A stretch of DNA of 64,000 nucleotides from Eledone cirrhosa (taxonomy: Eukaryota): contig OZ024741.1 of the NCBI GenBank assembly GCA_964016885.1, positions 98,952,001-99,016,000 on the forward strand, read 5' to 3'. Of the stretch, positions 1-12,217 are shown piece after piece (the first letter of the stretch is position 1; each line of letters begins with the position of its first letter). The position numbers and the translations under genes are program-made. The notes below the pieces were generated by a model. The model had not been told where the DNA came from, made no database searches, and saw nothing but the letters and a program-made list of their open reading frames with translations.

Positions 1-144
1 ATTATCACCATAGTTTTATGTGTACAAAGATTGCACTAAATATTCGTTTGCATTAATTATTGAAGACTTCTTCTTATTTTGACAGGTCGGGAACAAATAA
101 TGTTCTCCTTTTACTTCCTAGCTGTATATTCTTAGCATAATTTC

Positions 145-177
145 AAACCCCGAGCAACGCAGGGTAAATCTGCTAGT
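145..177 (+). mobile_element. Helitron-type 3' terminus (short hairpin followed by CTAG)
   Basis: cccgagcaacgcagggtaaatctgCTAGt resembles the hairpin+CTAG Helitron end and is similar to the terminus at 57686-57714. Confidence 0.5.
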
Positions 178-198
178 ATATATATATATATACGAAAA

Positions 199-511
<313 letters not shown>

Positions 512-528
512 GTGTGTGTATATATATA

Positions 529-680
529 GGAAAAGAGTCAGGACCCCGACGGCTGAGCTCCGGCCGTTTCGACTGCTAGATCCTGACTCTTTTCCTATTA
601 CCCACTCTACTACACTAAGTATCTAGTACTCTGGTGCTTTATGGTCTACCTGGTTTCTTACCACACCTTCTTTGTTATAT
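529..680. mobile_element. Family H1 copy 2 (inverted hammerhead half followed by the sense tail)
   Basis: gaccccgacggctgagctccggccgtttcgac then cctattacccactctactac..., matching copy 1; in (TA)n. Confidence 0.6.
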
Positions 681-1002
681 ATATGAAGAGACGGAGAGAG
701 CAAGAGAGAGATGTGTGTGTGTAATATTGCAGCCGGACAGCAAACGGCAGATGTTTGGGTCGATTACTGCAGGCGGATCTGTACATTTTTTCGTCTCCAA
801 GGGTTATTTATCCGGTTTATCACCTATTTCATGGTTAACTTGCGCTACGGTGGTTTTTCCAGAAGAAAACATACTTTAGGTTATATGTGTGCGTGTTTAT
901 GTATGTGAAGGATGGTTAGAGTGGCATGTGGCTGTATGTAAAGTATATATGTGAGTGTGTGTGTGTCCGTATATGTGGTTGTGTACACACATATATATAT
1001 AT

Positions 1003-1168
1003 AACGAAGGAAATGTGGTAAGGAACCAGGTGGACCATAACGCACCAAAGTACTCAATACTTAGGGTAGTAGAGTGGGTAATAGTTAGGGTAGTAGACGG
1101 CTAATTCTGAGAATTAGCCGTCGAAACGGCTTGAGCTCAGCCGTCGGGGTCTTACTGGTTCCTATTAT
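1003..1168. mobile_element. Family H1 copy 3 (inverted tail followed by hammerhead stem II, GAAA, stem III, GUC)
   Basis: gacggctaattc-tga-gaattagccgtc GAAAC ggc..gcc GTC ggggtc; the upstream part is the reverse complement of the copy-1 tail. Confidence 0.6.
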
Positions 1169-1203
1169 ATATATATATATAATAGCTAATTCTCAGAGGT
1201 TTA

Positions 1204-1389
1204 GTGAATTGGCAGTATCGGTAGAGGGTCGGACGCCATGCTTTGACGCATAGAGTTACGGCCCTTGCCATTCTGAGTTCAAATCCCGCCGAGGTTAACT
1301 TTGCCTTTCATCCTTACGGGGTCGATAAAATAAAGTACCAGTAATACACTGGGAAATTGCTGGCCTTGTGCCAAAAGTAGAAACAATTA

Positions 1390-1390
<1 letters not shown>
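1204..1390 (+). mobile_element. tRNA-derived SINE, family S1 (most abundant SINE in the window)
   Basis: B-box-like gagttcaaatcc followed by gcctttcatccttacggggtcgataaaataaagtaccag; many copies in the window. Confidence 0.75.
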
Positions 1391-1423
<33 letters not shown>

Positions 1424-1459
1424 AGTATATATACATAACTATATATATATATATATACA

Positions 1460-1502
<43 letters not shown>

Positions 1503-1559
1503 GTATATATATATATGTATGTATATATATATGTATATATATATATATGTATGTATATG

Positions 1560-1594
<35 letters not shown>

Positions 1595-1596
<2 letters not shown>

Positions 1597-1645
1597 CTGT
1601 CGAAACGTCCGGAGCTCAGCCATCGGGGTCCCGACTATTTTCATA
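1595..1645 (+). mobile_element. Family H1 copy 4 (minimal fragment)
   Basis: gtcgaaacgtccggagctcagccatcggggtc embedded in (TA)n. Confidence 0.5.
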
Positions 1646-1658
1646 TATATATATACAC

Positions 1659-1722
<64 letters not shown>

Positions 1723-1742
1723 TTATTAAAATAGCAGATTAA

Positions 1743-1793
1743 AGTTTAAGCAAAGAATCGCTGCTTTCACCCTTAACGGGATCTTCTGAAACT
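1743..1793 (-). ncRNA. Hammerhead-like ribozyme (core variant), inverted copy of 3969-4019
   Basis: Reverse complement of 3969-4019. Confidence 0.55.
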
Positions 1794-1937
1794 AACAAAG
1801 TCAATTTTTTAACGCAGAAGTGGATATTTCAAAAAACGTTGCAACCGGAGGAAGACAGGAAGACGATACTTTGGTTCGTGGAAACGTTCGCTGGAAAAGA
1901 ACGGGAAAAAACGAATATAATACGTCATTAATAGGTG

Positions 1938-2695
1938 TTACAACCTTACATTTGTAGACAATGTTACGAGAGAGGCATTTCCCGGATAGGGGGCAATCAA
2001 CCTGATTCCTACAATTACAGTTAGTACTAACTACAGGGTTGCACGTGTTCCTACGGCTAGGTAGTTTAGCTAAATTTGAAGCTGTGATGTTATGTGCAAG
2101 GTTAGGAGTCGTAGAGTAAGAAATTTTAATAGTATTTCTATTAAAAATGTTACTATATTTATGTGTAGGGGGAAAATGCTTCGTGATAAGGGAAAGAAAA
2201 ATCTTAGCTAATGGTGTGGCCACCTCCATATTAAATGGTGGGTTAAACCAACAAATGCGACGGGATCTATTTCTTTTAGGTCTATTTTCGTACTCTGTAT
2301 ATGCTACCTTATCGACAAATCCACTTCGAACAAGAGCTTCATTGTATTAAGTGGAATGGTCGTTGAAAATACGCTCGTTGGTGGAAAGACGGGAAAGCCT
2401 CAACGAAACGTTTCTTACCAGGTTCTTGGTTATGCTGGCAGGGTGTTTGGAATGCTTACTTATGTAATTAAGCGTATCATTCGGCTTTCTATACGGGTAA
2501 TACAACCCATTCAATAAATTGAGGGTAACGTCGAGGTAATTAACGACCGAGAGATTGTCCTCAACCTGTATAGAGAGGTTGAAGCCTTTAAAGAAGGCTG
2601 TGAGTTCTTTTCTGAACCTGTCGCAAGCACAAGGTCCGCACTTAGTCATGGTCAAAAGACCATCGTCACGGTACAAACCACCGCCCGTAGGGCCT
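1938..2695 (-). pseudogene. PLE reverse transcriptase C-terminal part, thumb, Cys-rich linker and first GIY-YIG strand
   Basis: ORFs 2347..2676 and 1801..2229 are in the same frame, separated by one TAA at 2347-2349; YRDD catalytic motif. Confidence 0.85.
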
Positions 2696-3033
2696 ACATA
2701 GGGTTAACCGCCAATAGATTCAAGCAGCGTCTTTACTTGCATACCCATTCTTTTCGTTACCCTCTAAGAAGGAATATGACGTCACTTTCAGCTTATATCT
2801 GGAGTCTAAAAGACAACCACACCCAATATAAGTTACACTGGGAGATCCTAGTTATGGCTAGATCGTATAACGGAAATAAAAGACCATGTGACCTCTGCGC
2901 CGCTGAGGCCCTGGAAATACTCTACGCCACAGACCACATCTTAAACAAAAAATCTGAGGCAATTTCGGCTTGTAAACATAAATTGCACAAAACTTTCCTG
3001 TATTACAGCCCCACGTTATACCCTAACGGATAG
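2695..3033 (+). pseudogene. PLE GIY-YIG endonuclease C-terminal half
   Basis: tacatagggtta = YIGL at 2695; continues into ORF 2737..3033 with conserved R, E, N and Cys/His residues. Confidence 0.85.
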
Positions 3034-3620
3034 TACGATCTATACGTGGATATTTTAGATCTTGGTGTGGGAGCTAAGTATATGTTTTGTTTATACCATT
3101 ACTTATTTGCATAGGTAAGTATATATTACCCGTATGTTTTGTGAAGGTACGTATACCTTCTCGTACGTATATTTGATTGTTTATGTTATGGCGTATAATT
3201 TTATATATTCTGGTACATATGGTTTGGCTTTGTGTATACGGGAGTTTTGAGTCTGTGTGAGTATGCTGGTTCGTACGTATGTAGGGTGTGTGTATATGTG
3301 TACTTCATGTTTTGGTTGACTTACGTCTCCGAACATTCGTGTATTTACATGTAGGTATGTGTGTGCGCTTGTTATATACGTATTTATTTATTTATATACG
3401 TTTATATAATTATTTATTTGTATACACGCATACACACACACACACATATTTATATGTGCGTGGTTTTGTATACCTATGGTAAGTGTTTTGCGTATTCTTG
3501 TGTATGTACGATTTTGTTTGCGTGTATGTATTTATTTATTTCTATTACTTCCGTATTGTATTTATTTACTTTGTTCTTAACTCTGTAGCGGAGATTCATT
3601 CGGTCTCCTAGTTAGAATTT

Positions 3621-3890
3621 TAGTCTACGACTTCTGCTATACCATTTACGTGGTTTTGTCTTTGCGTGCTATTGTTCTCCACGCTCCACATATGACGTAT
3701 TATCTTCGTTTTTTTCGTTCATTGCCAGAGAACGTCTCTATGAACCACCTAAGAGAACATTAGTCTACGACTTCTTTTATACCATAAACGTGGTTCTGTC
3801 TTTGCGCGTAATTGTTTTTCACAGCTCCTATTAATGACGTATAATATTCGTTTTTTCCCGTTCTTTGCCAGCGAACGTTTCCACGAACCA
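3621..3890 (+). repeat. Diverged ~140-bp tandem duplication in the PLE 3' UTR
   Basis: tagtctacgacttct...gccag.gaacgt...gaacca occurs at ~3621 and ~3762. Confidence 0.75.
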
Positions 3891-3968
3891 AAGTATCGTC
3901 TTCCTGTCTTCCTCCGGTTGCAACGTTTTTTGAAATATCCAATTCTGCGTTAAAAGATTGACTTTGTT

Positions 3969-4019
3969 AGTTTCAGAAGATCCCGTTAAGGGTGAAAGCA
4001 GCGATTCTTTGCTTAAACT
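3969..4019 (+). ncRNA. Type I hammerhead-like ribozyme with CAGAAGA core, in the PLE pseudo-LTR
   Basis: Stem I agttt/aaact; CAGAAGA; stem II (t)ccc-gttaa-ggg(t); GAAA; stem III agca/tgct; cleavage triplet CUU. Confidence 0.55.
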
Positions 4020-4129
4020 TTAATCTGTTATTTTATTAAATATTTGCTCTACGGTTCTTATATATTTGATATATATCTATCTTTATCGAGCCCTCTTTGG
4101 ATTTTAGTCTTCAAATTTATTATTATTAC

Positions 4130-4167
<38 letters not shown>

Positions 4168-4171
4168 TTAC

Positions 4172-4221
<50 letters not shown>

Positions 4222-4808
4222 CTATATTATGCGATATGTTTACGTATATACACACACACACACATATATATATAAAGAGGACACAGAAAGACATATACTC
4301 ACCCCACCATATACACATAAGACAGAGACGGTTGGATGCATCTGTGAGTGTAGTAATATTTATTCAACGTGCCCATTTCCTAGATCCATTCATTAAATGT
4401 TACGTGCCCTCTATCTCTGCAGGCAAGCAACAAACTCAATTTTAAGGGGTATATCTTTACGTATGAATGGGCAAGATAATTTTTCTTTTTCTACATTGAA
4501 ATATATATACCTATCTTTGTGTAGGTGTATTGGTATGTCACAAACAAAACCGAACAACCATAGGTAAATATTTATTTATAATTACATACATAATACAAAC
4601 ACGTACAAAAAATAGACAGACTAAAATACATTTAGTGTACTTTGTAAGCTCCATGCATGTGTATAGTTAACATGTACACACAAACACACTTACACACATA
4701 TTCTCTTACACAATCACACACATACACACATGCACACTATCTCACACACGCGCACACACGCACACACACACACACACGCACGCAGACACACACACACACA
4801 CGCAGGCG

Positions 4809-4871
<63 letters not shown>

Positions 4872-4999
4872 TGGAACTAAGTAATTGGCGCCAGCCATTA
4901 CATTTAAAATTCATAGGTAAAGGCTTTCCTGTGTTTATTCATAAAGATATATATTATTCGGTATAAATGTTATTTATATATATATATCTTTGTTGTAGG

Positions 5000-7042
5000 T
5001 ATTATAATAAGTAAGGCGATCAAAGACATGAAGACGGGCAAGGCGGCCGGGCCTTCGGAAATAGTTGCCGAAATGCTGAAAGCATCTGGAACGGTGGGAC
5101 ACACTATGGTCACCCGGATAGTAAACCAAGTCATACAGAATGAGGTTGTTCCGAAGGACTGGCGCAGCAGCATCATCATTAACTGCTACAAGGGTAAAGG
5201 AGATGCCCTAGATAGGGGAAACTATAGAGGCATTAAATTAATTGACCAGGTCATGAAGGTCACAGAAAAAGTAATAGCGCAACTAATCAGAGAGCGAATT
5301 GATCTAGACGAAATGCAGTTCGGGTTTGTGTCAGGTAAAAGTACAACAGACGCTCTTTTCATTGTACGACAACTACAAGAGAAGTACCTAGCTAAAAGTA
5401 AACCCCTATACTTAGCTTTTGTTGACTTGGAGAAAGCCTTTGACAGAGTACCCCGCTCGATTATCTGGTGGGCCCTTAGAAAACTAGGTGTTGAGGAATG
5501 GCTTGTGAGAGCTATACAAGCCATGTATAAAGAAACAGTCAGCAAAGTTAGAATTAACAACGAATATAGTGAAGAGTTTAGCGTAAAAGCTGGTGTTCAT
5601 CAGGGCTCCGTCCTTAGCCCCGTACTATTTATTATTGCCCTTCAGGCTATAACAGAGGAGTTCAAGACCGGCTGCCCATAGGAACTCCTATATGCAGATG
5701 ATCTAACGCTCATAGCTGAATCAATGGCTGAACTAGAGAAGAAATTCCAAACATGGAAGCATGGCCTAGAATCAAAAGGCCTTAAAGTTAACTTGTCTAA
5801 GACTAAAGTTCTAGTTTCTAGGAAGGAAAATAGGGCACCGATCCCATCTGGGAAATGGCCATGCTCAGTGTGTAGGAAAAGAGTAGGTAGAAACTCCATT
5901 TTATGTCCCAAATGCAAAGTATGGGTACATAAAAGATGTAGTGGGATCACAGGTAAGCTAACTAAGAATATAGATTTTATATGTGGCCGGTGCTCTGGTG
6001 CAATAAGTAGCAGCAAGTGTCCACAGAATACTAACTCATTCCATTGCACAGATGGTTCTATAGAAATAGTGGACAGCTTCCGTTACCTGGGTGACAAAAT
6101 CAGCAGTGGGGGAGGGTGCTCTGAAAGTACAGTAGCTAGAGTCAGAACGGGATGGAAAAAGTTCAGAGAGCTTATACCACTATTGGCCGCTAAAGAGTTC
6201 TCTCTAAAAGTGAAAGGCAGGCTGTATGATGCCTGCATACGAACAGCAATGTTACATGGCAGTGAGACCTGGGCATTGTGTGCAGAGGATGTACGCAGAC
6301 TGGAGAGAAACGAAGCTTGCATGCTCCGCTGGATGTGTAATAGTAATATACGTGAACGGCAAAGCATAAACGAACTAAGGGAGAAATTAGAAATAAGAGG
6401 GATCAGGTGTTGTTTACTCGAGAGAAGACTACGTTGGTATGGTCACATGATGCGCATGAAAAACGACAGCTGTATAAAAAAGTGCAGGGCAATAAAAAAT
6501 AGACGGTAGCCACGGAGTAGGCAGACCCAGAAAAACCTGGGACGACTTGACAAATTCCGACCTCACACACTAACACCTCTCCAAGACAATGTCACTGGAC
6601 CGAGATCTTTGGCGCTACACAGTAATAGAGAAGACCCGCCTTACCTAAGTGCAAAGTGAAATCTACTACAGTCAGTAGGTACCTCTAACAAAATACACCC
6701 CCGTCCCACTACCCCCACCCCATCCACATCACCCCTTTCAATGTAAAGTTATGTTGGTACCACAACATCCAGGCCGAAACAAATGAGGTTGTGTAGGTGT
6801 CACGACAAAAAAACACACAGTCCACGCTGTAATGTGACCGTGTAGGTAACACGGTAAAAACCTCCCAGTTCCACACTGTAAATGTGGTTGGTGTTAGGAA
6901 GGGCATCGAACCGTAGAAAATCCGCCAGACAGTCCTATACGAGCAAGACAACCACTCTTGCCTCAAGTGGGAAAACTCCCGTCCAAACCCATGCGAGCGT
7001 GGAATATGGACGTTAAACGATGATGATGATGATGATGATGAT
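5000..7042 (+). mobile_element. RTE-clade LINE, 5'-truncated, with (GAT)n tail
   Basis: KAAGPS, NYRGIKL, QFGF, FVDLEKAFD, GVHQGSVLSP, YADD, FRYLG, LHGSETW, RRLRWYGH, GRPRKTW; ends cgttaaac(gat)8. Confidence 0.92.
5028..6648 (+). pseudogene. RTE reverse transcriptase with internal PHD finger; nonsense TAG at 5679-5681 and frameshift at ~6495
   Basis: ORFs 5028..5681 and 5724..6509 are in frame (CP*ELLYADDL); the C-terminus GRPRKTWDD continues in another frame after an A run. Confidence 0.88.
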
Positions 7043-7149
7043 CTGTGTGTGTTCAAGGAAGCTTAGACAGATGACGAGCTTAACCCACTAAGCTCGTCAT
7101 CAGAACTTTTAATTCATTAATATACATGCATATGTATATATATATATAT

Positions 7150-7383
<234 letters not shown>

Positions 7384-7479
7384 AAATATCCTACGGAACA
7401 ACCCCATTTCGGCCGTTTGTATTCGCCATCGTATTCTTTGGATTATTACCCAAAATTAGTTACCATAGGTAAGGGTAGG

Positions 7480-8600
7480 TACGAATACTGAATTGAAGAC
7501 AGCGAGTTTAGACTTTGCACCTACCTCCGTTCTTCTGATTACTGAATGCTGAAACTGGCGCATTACTACCCCCAGCTCCTGCAATTCTTGCACTTAATTC
7601 AACTAGCTTGGACTCGACAATCTCTCTGCATCACTTTGCCAGACATTTAGCATAGACTTTACCGGGGCGGCTTAACAAGCAGACACCTCAATAATTGGAA
7701 TAATCCCTCTTGTCTCCCTTTAAAAAATTGGGATTATCACTCCCGATTGCCTTTCCAGTGCTCCAGGCCACTCGGCACGCATAAGTCAGCCAGAGAATAC
7801 CTTTTAAGAATTTTAACATCTCGGGTCAGATTTCAGCCATATCACATTTGTGATCCTCAACTGATCTTGTGACCTCAGTCTCTGAGAGATTAGTCACCGA
7901 TCCCAGATGCATCTCGTGTACATCAGAAGATACTGTTGTGATCTGGTTTAGGAGATGAACAAAGTATTCTCTCCACTTCTCGAGGATGCACCTCTCTGGA
8001 GAGAGGAGGAACCCAGATGCGTTCTTGATAGCAAGTGTGGAGGAGGTCTTCTGATTATGAAGTCGGCGGATGGTCTGCTAGAACAGTTTATTTCCTGATC
8101 TGAAGTCGGATTCCACCTTAACCCCAAATTCCTCCCATGTCTTAAGTTCGGAAACCTTTACTGTCTCTGCACGATTCATCGTGCCTGCTTGTACCGTAAG
8201 TGCAAGAAGGAGCACTTATTTGAAAGCCAGGCTTTATAAGCCTCCTTCTTTGCTCATATAGCATCTTTAACCTCATGAGTCTTCCTGCCATTTGGTGCCA
8301 CACCAAGCCTCTTTCAGCCGCAGTATTTAACAGCTGAAGCAGACACTGCTGCGCTGAACAATCTCCACTCTGTCTCAACGTCCTCAGTTTGCTCAGGGAG
8401 TTCTCTGAATTTGTATGCAATAGTATTTGCATACCTGATCCTGACCTTCTTATCCAGCAATGCGTCCCACTTTATCCTGCAGGTCGTCTTTGACCTGCCA
8501 GTTTTGTGGGCTTCTTTGGCTTTAGTCAGTCTCAAGTTGCAGGTGATCAGTTGACAACTCAGCCCCTCTCTTAACACGAACTTCCAGCACAGAATCAAAG
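7480..8600 (-). mobile_element. Degenerate RTE-clade LINE fragment (EN-RT linker and RT start), second family
   Basis: Minus-strand remnants SAAVSASAVKYCG, WWHQ, KWREYFVHLLN, PEMLK, GDKRDYSNY*GVSLLSRPGKVYAK with stops and frameshifts. Confidence 0.7.
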
Positions 8601-8618
8601 AGTTGATTTTGTTATTGT

Positions 8619-8705
<87 letters not shown>

Positions 8706-8912
8706 TAAGATCAAAAGATGGTTAAATGAGTTCCATGTATTTTATTATGCGCATTTCAAAAACAAATATCATCATGCAATAACATTTGTGTTTTCATATC
8801 ATGTCCTCATATTTTATCTGATGAAAACACAAATGTTATTGCATGATGATATTTGTTTTTGAAATGCGCATAATAAAATACATGGAACTCATTTAACCAT
8901 CTTTTGATCTTA

Positions 8913-8951
<39 letters not shown>

Positions 8952-8983
8952 ACAATAACAAAATCAACTCTTTGATTCTGTGC
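8587..8983. repeat. Long palindrome (arms differ essentially only in (TA)n length; 23-nt spacer) containing a hammerhead
   Basis: 8587-8797 is the reverse complement of 8821-8983; followed by reiterated tttgattctgtgc. Confidence 0.9.
8810..8880 (+). ncRNA. Type I hammerhead ribozyme
   Basis: Stem I tattttat/ataaaata; CTGATGA (8818-8824); long AU-rich stem II 8825-8860; GAAA; palindromic stem III atgcgcat; cleavage AUA after 8872. Confidence 0.8.
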
Positions 8984-9269
8984 TTTGATTCTGTGCATCT
9001 TTGATTCTGTGCATCTTTTGATCTTATATATTATGTATACTCCAGTCCTACAAACTGTAGAGTGCTTCTTATCCGATATCTGCATTGCTTTATTGTACTA
9101 CAATAAAACTCACCTCCTACATATATATATATATATCAAGTAAGTAGCCATCTAATATGTTAAATAAATATCGGCTTAGCGCGTAACTGTAGAATATATA
9201 TACCAAGCAATATACGTGCCTATATATATATAATATATATATATATATATAGGCACGTATATTGCTTGG

Positions 9270-9303
<34 letters not shown>

Positions 9304-9403
9304 ATATTATATATATATATATATTTGTATGTATATATGTATGTGTGTGTGCGGTGTGTGCAGTGTGTGTATGTGTGAATACACGTATATCGCTGGATAT
9401 ATA

Positions 9404-9607
9404 CACGGTGGGGATAGAATCTTTCCAAACTGAGCTTTTCGTTTGATGATGCCATTTTGTTACTGAAAATTACGACTAAATCCTGTAGAAGAGAAAATGT
9501 AAAATATGTTCAGAAAAATTTTAAAGTTAAAATCTAAATTAAGACAATGAAAAAGTGAATATCCGAGACATGGTATTTTATCAGGGAAAGACTTTATGCT
9601 CACCCTG
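9404..9607. mobile_element. Tc1/mariner-type MITE
   Basis: Imperfect TIRs cacggtggggatagaatctttcc / ggaaagactttatgctcaccctg, TA on both sides. Confidence 0.55.
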
Positions 9608-10537
9608 TATATTCTGTATAATCTGTAGTAACGTGCAAATAATATTAATATGTGATATGATATGCCCACTATCAGGTTTTTGAATACATAGTGCTATACT
9701 GGAAATCTTATACGTCATTGGAAAACGTTAATTCATACACATCGCTGCTGTATTTCCATCGTCAGATGATTATCGTTCACTACCAGATATGAAACCTTGA
9801 GCAACGATTTATTATCATTAAAGGACAATATCATTAAATATTTTACTGTGTATTATGTATATAGTATCTTGATTTTTTTCGAGTAAACTTACGAAAGGTA
9901 TCATACATATATATAATTACGACAGTGACATAAACAGGTACTGAAATCTCGTTGGATACTGGGCCCCAATTTCTTCATGAGAAAAATAATGTCATGAGAA
10001 AAATAAAAAACAAAGATGGCCTCCTATGGATGATTGTGCTTTCCCTATGGGGATATAACGAAAGTTCACGCAGGGGCAGGTAATTTAGAAAAAGTATAGA
10101 AAAAAAAGAGGTTATTTAAAAAAAATAGGGTAAGATATAAGGGAGGTAACTCTTGAGAGACCACAGTCTATTCAGAATGGAAATAGTAGCACAATAGTTT
10201 CTTGTAGTTGACTCCAGCGATCACATTTCACTGAAATACAATATAATCAGTAACTCGAAAGATACTTCTGGACCTGTTAGTCAGGCCTAAGCCATTTAAA
10301 CAAAATATATTTCTTCATATGGGGGCAACCGCCAAAGCAATCAAGTCGTGTGTTGAGGCAGTGCTTATCCGAAGCTAATTGTGAGAGTATCCACCATTTT
10401 TTGGAATTACAAAACCGACAAAATTTCAACCCATTTACGTAGGCGGTAGATCTTTCTAAAATAAGCCATTTATACTAAACTCGTCCTATGGACTAAGTGC
10501 TCTTACTCTTGGATATTTCCACTTAACTTTTACTTCA

Positions 10538-10594
<57 letters not shown>

Positions 10595-10821
10595 CGCGCG
10601 CGCATATGAGTTTGTGTATGTATGTGTGTGTGTGTGTGTGTGTGTGTAGAAGCAATGGGACTGTTACATACGACTCAACTACGTGTAGTCACTCCATCAA
10701 TAAAAGTATATTTTTGTACCCATAATTCTACAGCCCAACATTATTAATTGAAAATATTTATGTATGTAAGTATATAGGTATATATGTATGCGTGCATTTA
10801 TGCATGTAAGTATGCATACAA

Positions 10822-10855
<34 letters not shown>

Positions 10856-11294
10856 ACATACATACATACATACATACATACATACATACATACATACATA
10901 CATACATACATACATACATACATGATGATGGCTGCCCCCTCGTTATCAAGTATGGCCATTGCACGATATACCATTATTAATAATTATTAATTAATTCTAT
11001 CCTGCAATGCCTGTGCGTGATATTTGTTAAAGTGAGGAAAAACTGTGCACTGAGCCAATCCCACTCTCTGAGCGACAGTAGCTATAACCCGAAAAGAAGA
11101 AAAGATGAACATCATTGGTAAGTGTGTGAGAGTGGAAATACATACACACACATATGTTTGCAGGTTTCGCTGTGTGTGTATATCAGTCCTCAGTCCAGCA
11201 CTAATTCTTTTGTCCTCCTTAATATTTCCATTAGTACATTGTTGAAAACTGACGCCTGGTGCCCATGGGTGACTAATCATCGGAGAATAGGTTG

Positions 11295-11386
11295 TTAGTA
11301 GTAGTAGTAGTAGCAGCAGTAGTAGTAGTAGTAGTGGTGGTGGTGGTGGTGGTGGTAGCAGCAGCAGCAGCAGTAGCAGTAGCAGT

Positions 11387-11449
<63 letters not shown>

Positions 11450-11471
11450 CAGCAACAGTAACAGGAGCAGC

Positions 11472-11527
<56 letters not shown>
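11295..11527. repeat. Compound (TAG)n/(TGG)n/(CAG)n trinucleotide microsatellite
   Basis: Directly visible. Confidence 0.95.
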
Positions 11528-11699
11528 CTGGAGGAGAAGGATAAAAAAATCCATTCAAACATTAAAAGACAAAGGAAATTAGATTAAAAAATAACTTAGT
11601 TCTTATCTAAGAAAAGAGATGTTAACACAGCTTATGGTCATTGTTTGTTAATGTTGTATATAATATATGTTGAAAGTACTTATGTGATGGAAGAGTGGG

Positions 11700-12155
11700 T
11701 GTTTATGTGGAGCTGTGTGTATGTGTGTGTATGTGTGTGTGTCTGTGTGTGTGAGAGAGAGGGAGTGTGTGTGTGTGTTTAGGTGAGCGTGTGAATGTGT
11801 GAGTGTGTGTGTGTTTGTGTGTGTGTGTGTACGTGTTTTTGTGTGAATGTGTGTGTGTGTGTGTATGAATGTGTTTGTGTGTGTTTGTGTGTATATGTGT
11901 GTGTTTGTGTGTGTACGTGTGTTTGTGTGTGTATGGACGTTTGTGTATGTGAATGTGTATGTGTGTGTGTCTTTGTGTGTATGTGTGTTTGTGTGTGTCT
12001 TTGTGTGTATGTGTGTTTGTGTGTGTGTGTATTTTTGTATGTTTGTGAGTTTGTGTGTGTGTGTGTGTGTGCGTGTTTGTGTGGACGTGTGTGTGTATGG
12101 ATGTATGTGTGTGAATGTGTGTATGTGAATGTCTGTATGTATGTGTGTGTGTGTA
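11700..12155. repeat. Degenerate (GT)n low-complexity tract
   Basis: Directly visible. Confidence 0.9.
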
Positions 12156-12217
12156 AGCTGAGACTTGCATTCAATGAAAACACAACCAATGATTTCTCAC
12201 ATTCAAATAATAAATGT

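Larger units (their letters stand above)
1720..4135. mobile_element. Penelope-like retroelement (RT plus C-terminal GIY-YIG), 5'-truncated, internally inverted, bounded by inverted pseudo-LTRs
   Basis: Minus strand encodes GLYRDDGL...YLDVTL...PYRKP...WFNPPF...CNCRNQVDCPLSGKC...NIVYKC; plus strand encodes YIGLT...FKQR...CDLC..E...LNKKSE...CKH; ~220-bp inverted repeat 1720-1938 / 3826-4043; flanked by (TA)n. Confidence 0.9.

Noticed and set aside
7385-7440. Possible minus-strand hammerhead (cggccGAAAtgg...ccGTA)
   Set aside because: No CUGANGA core or convincing stems I and II.
10010-10530. Possible DNA-transposon or Helentron-like remnant
   Set aside because: Termini and TSD could not be defined by eye.
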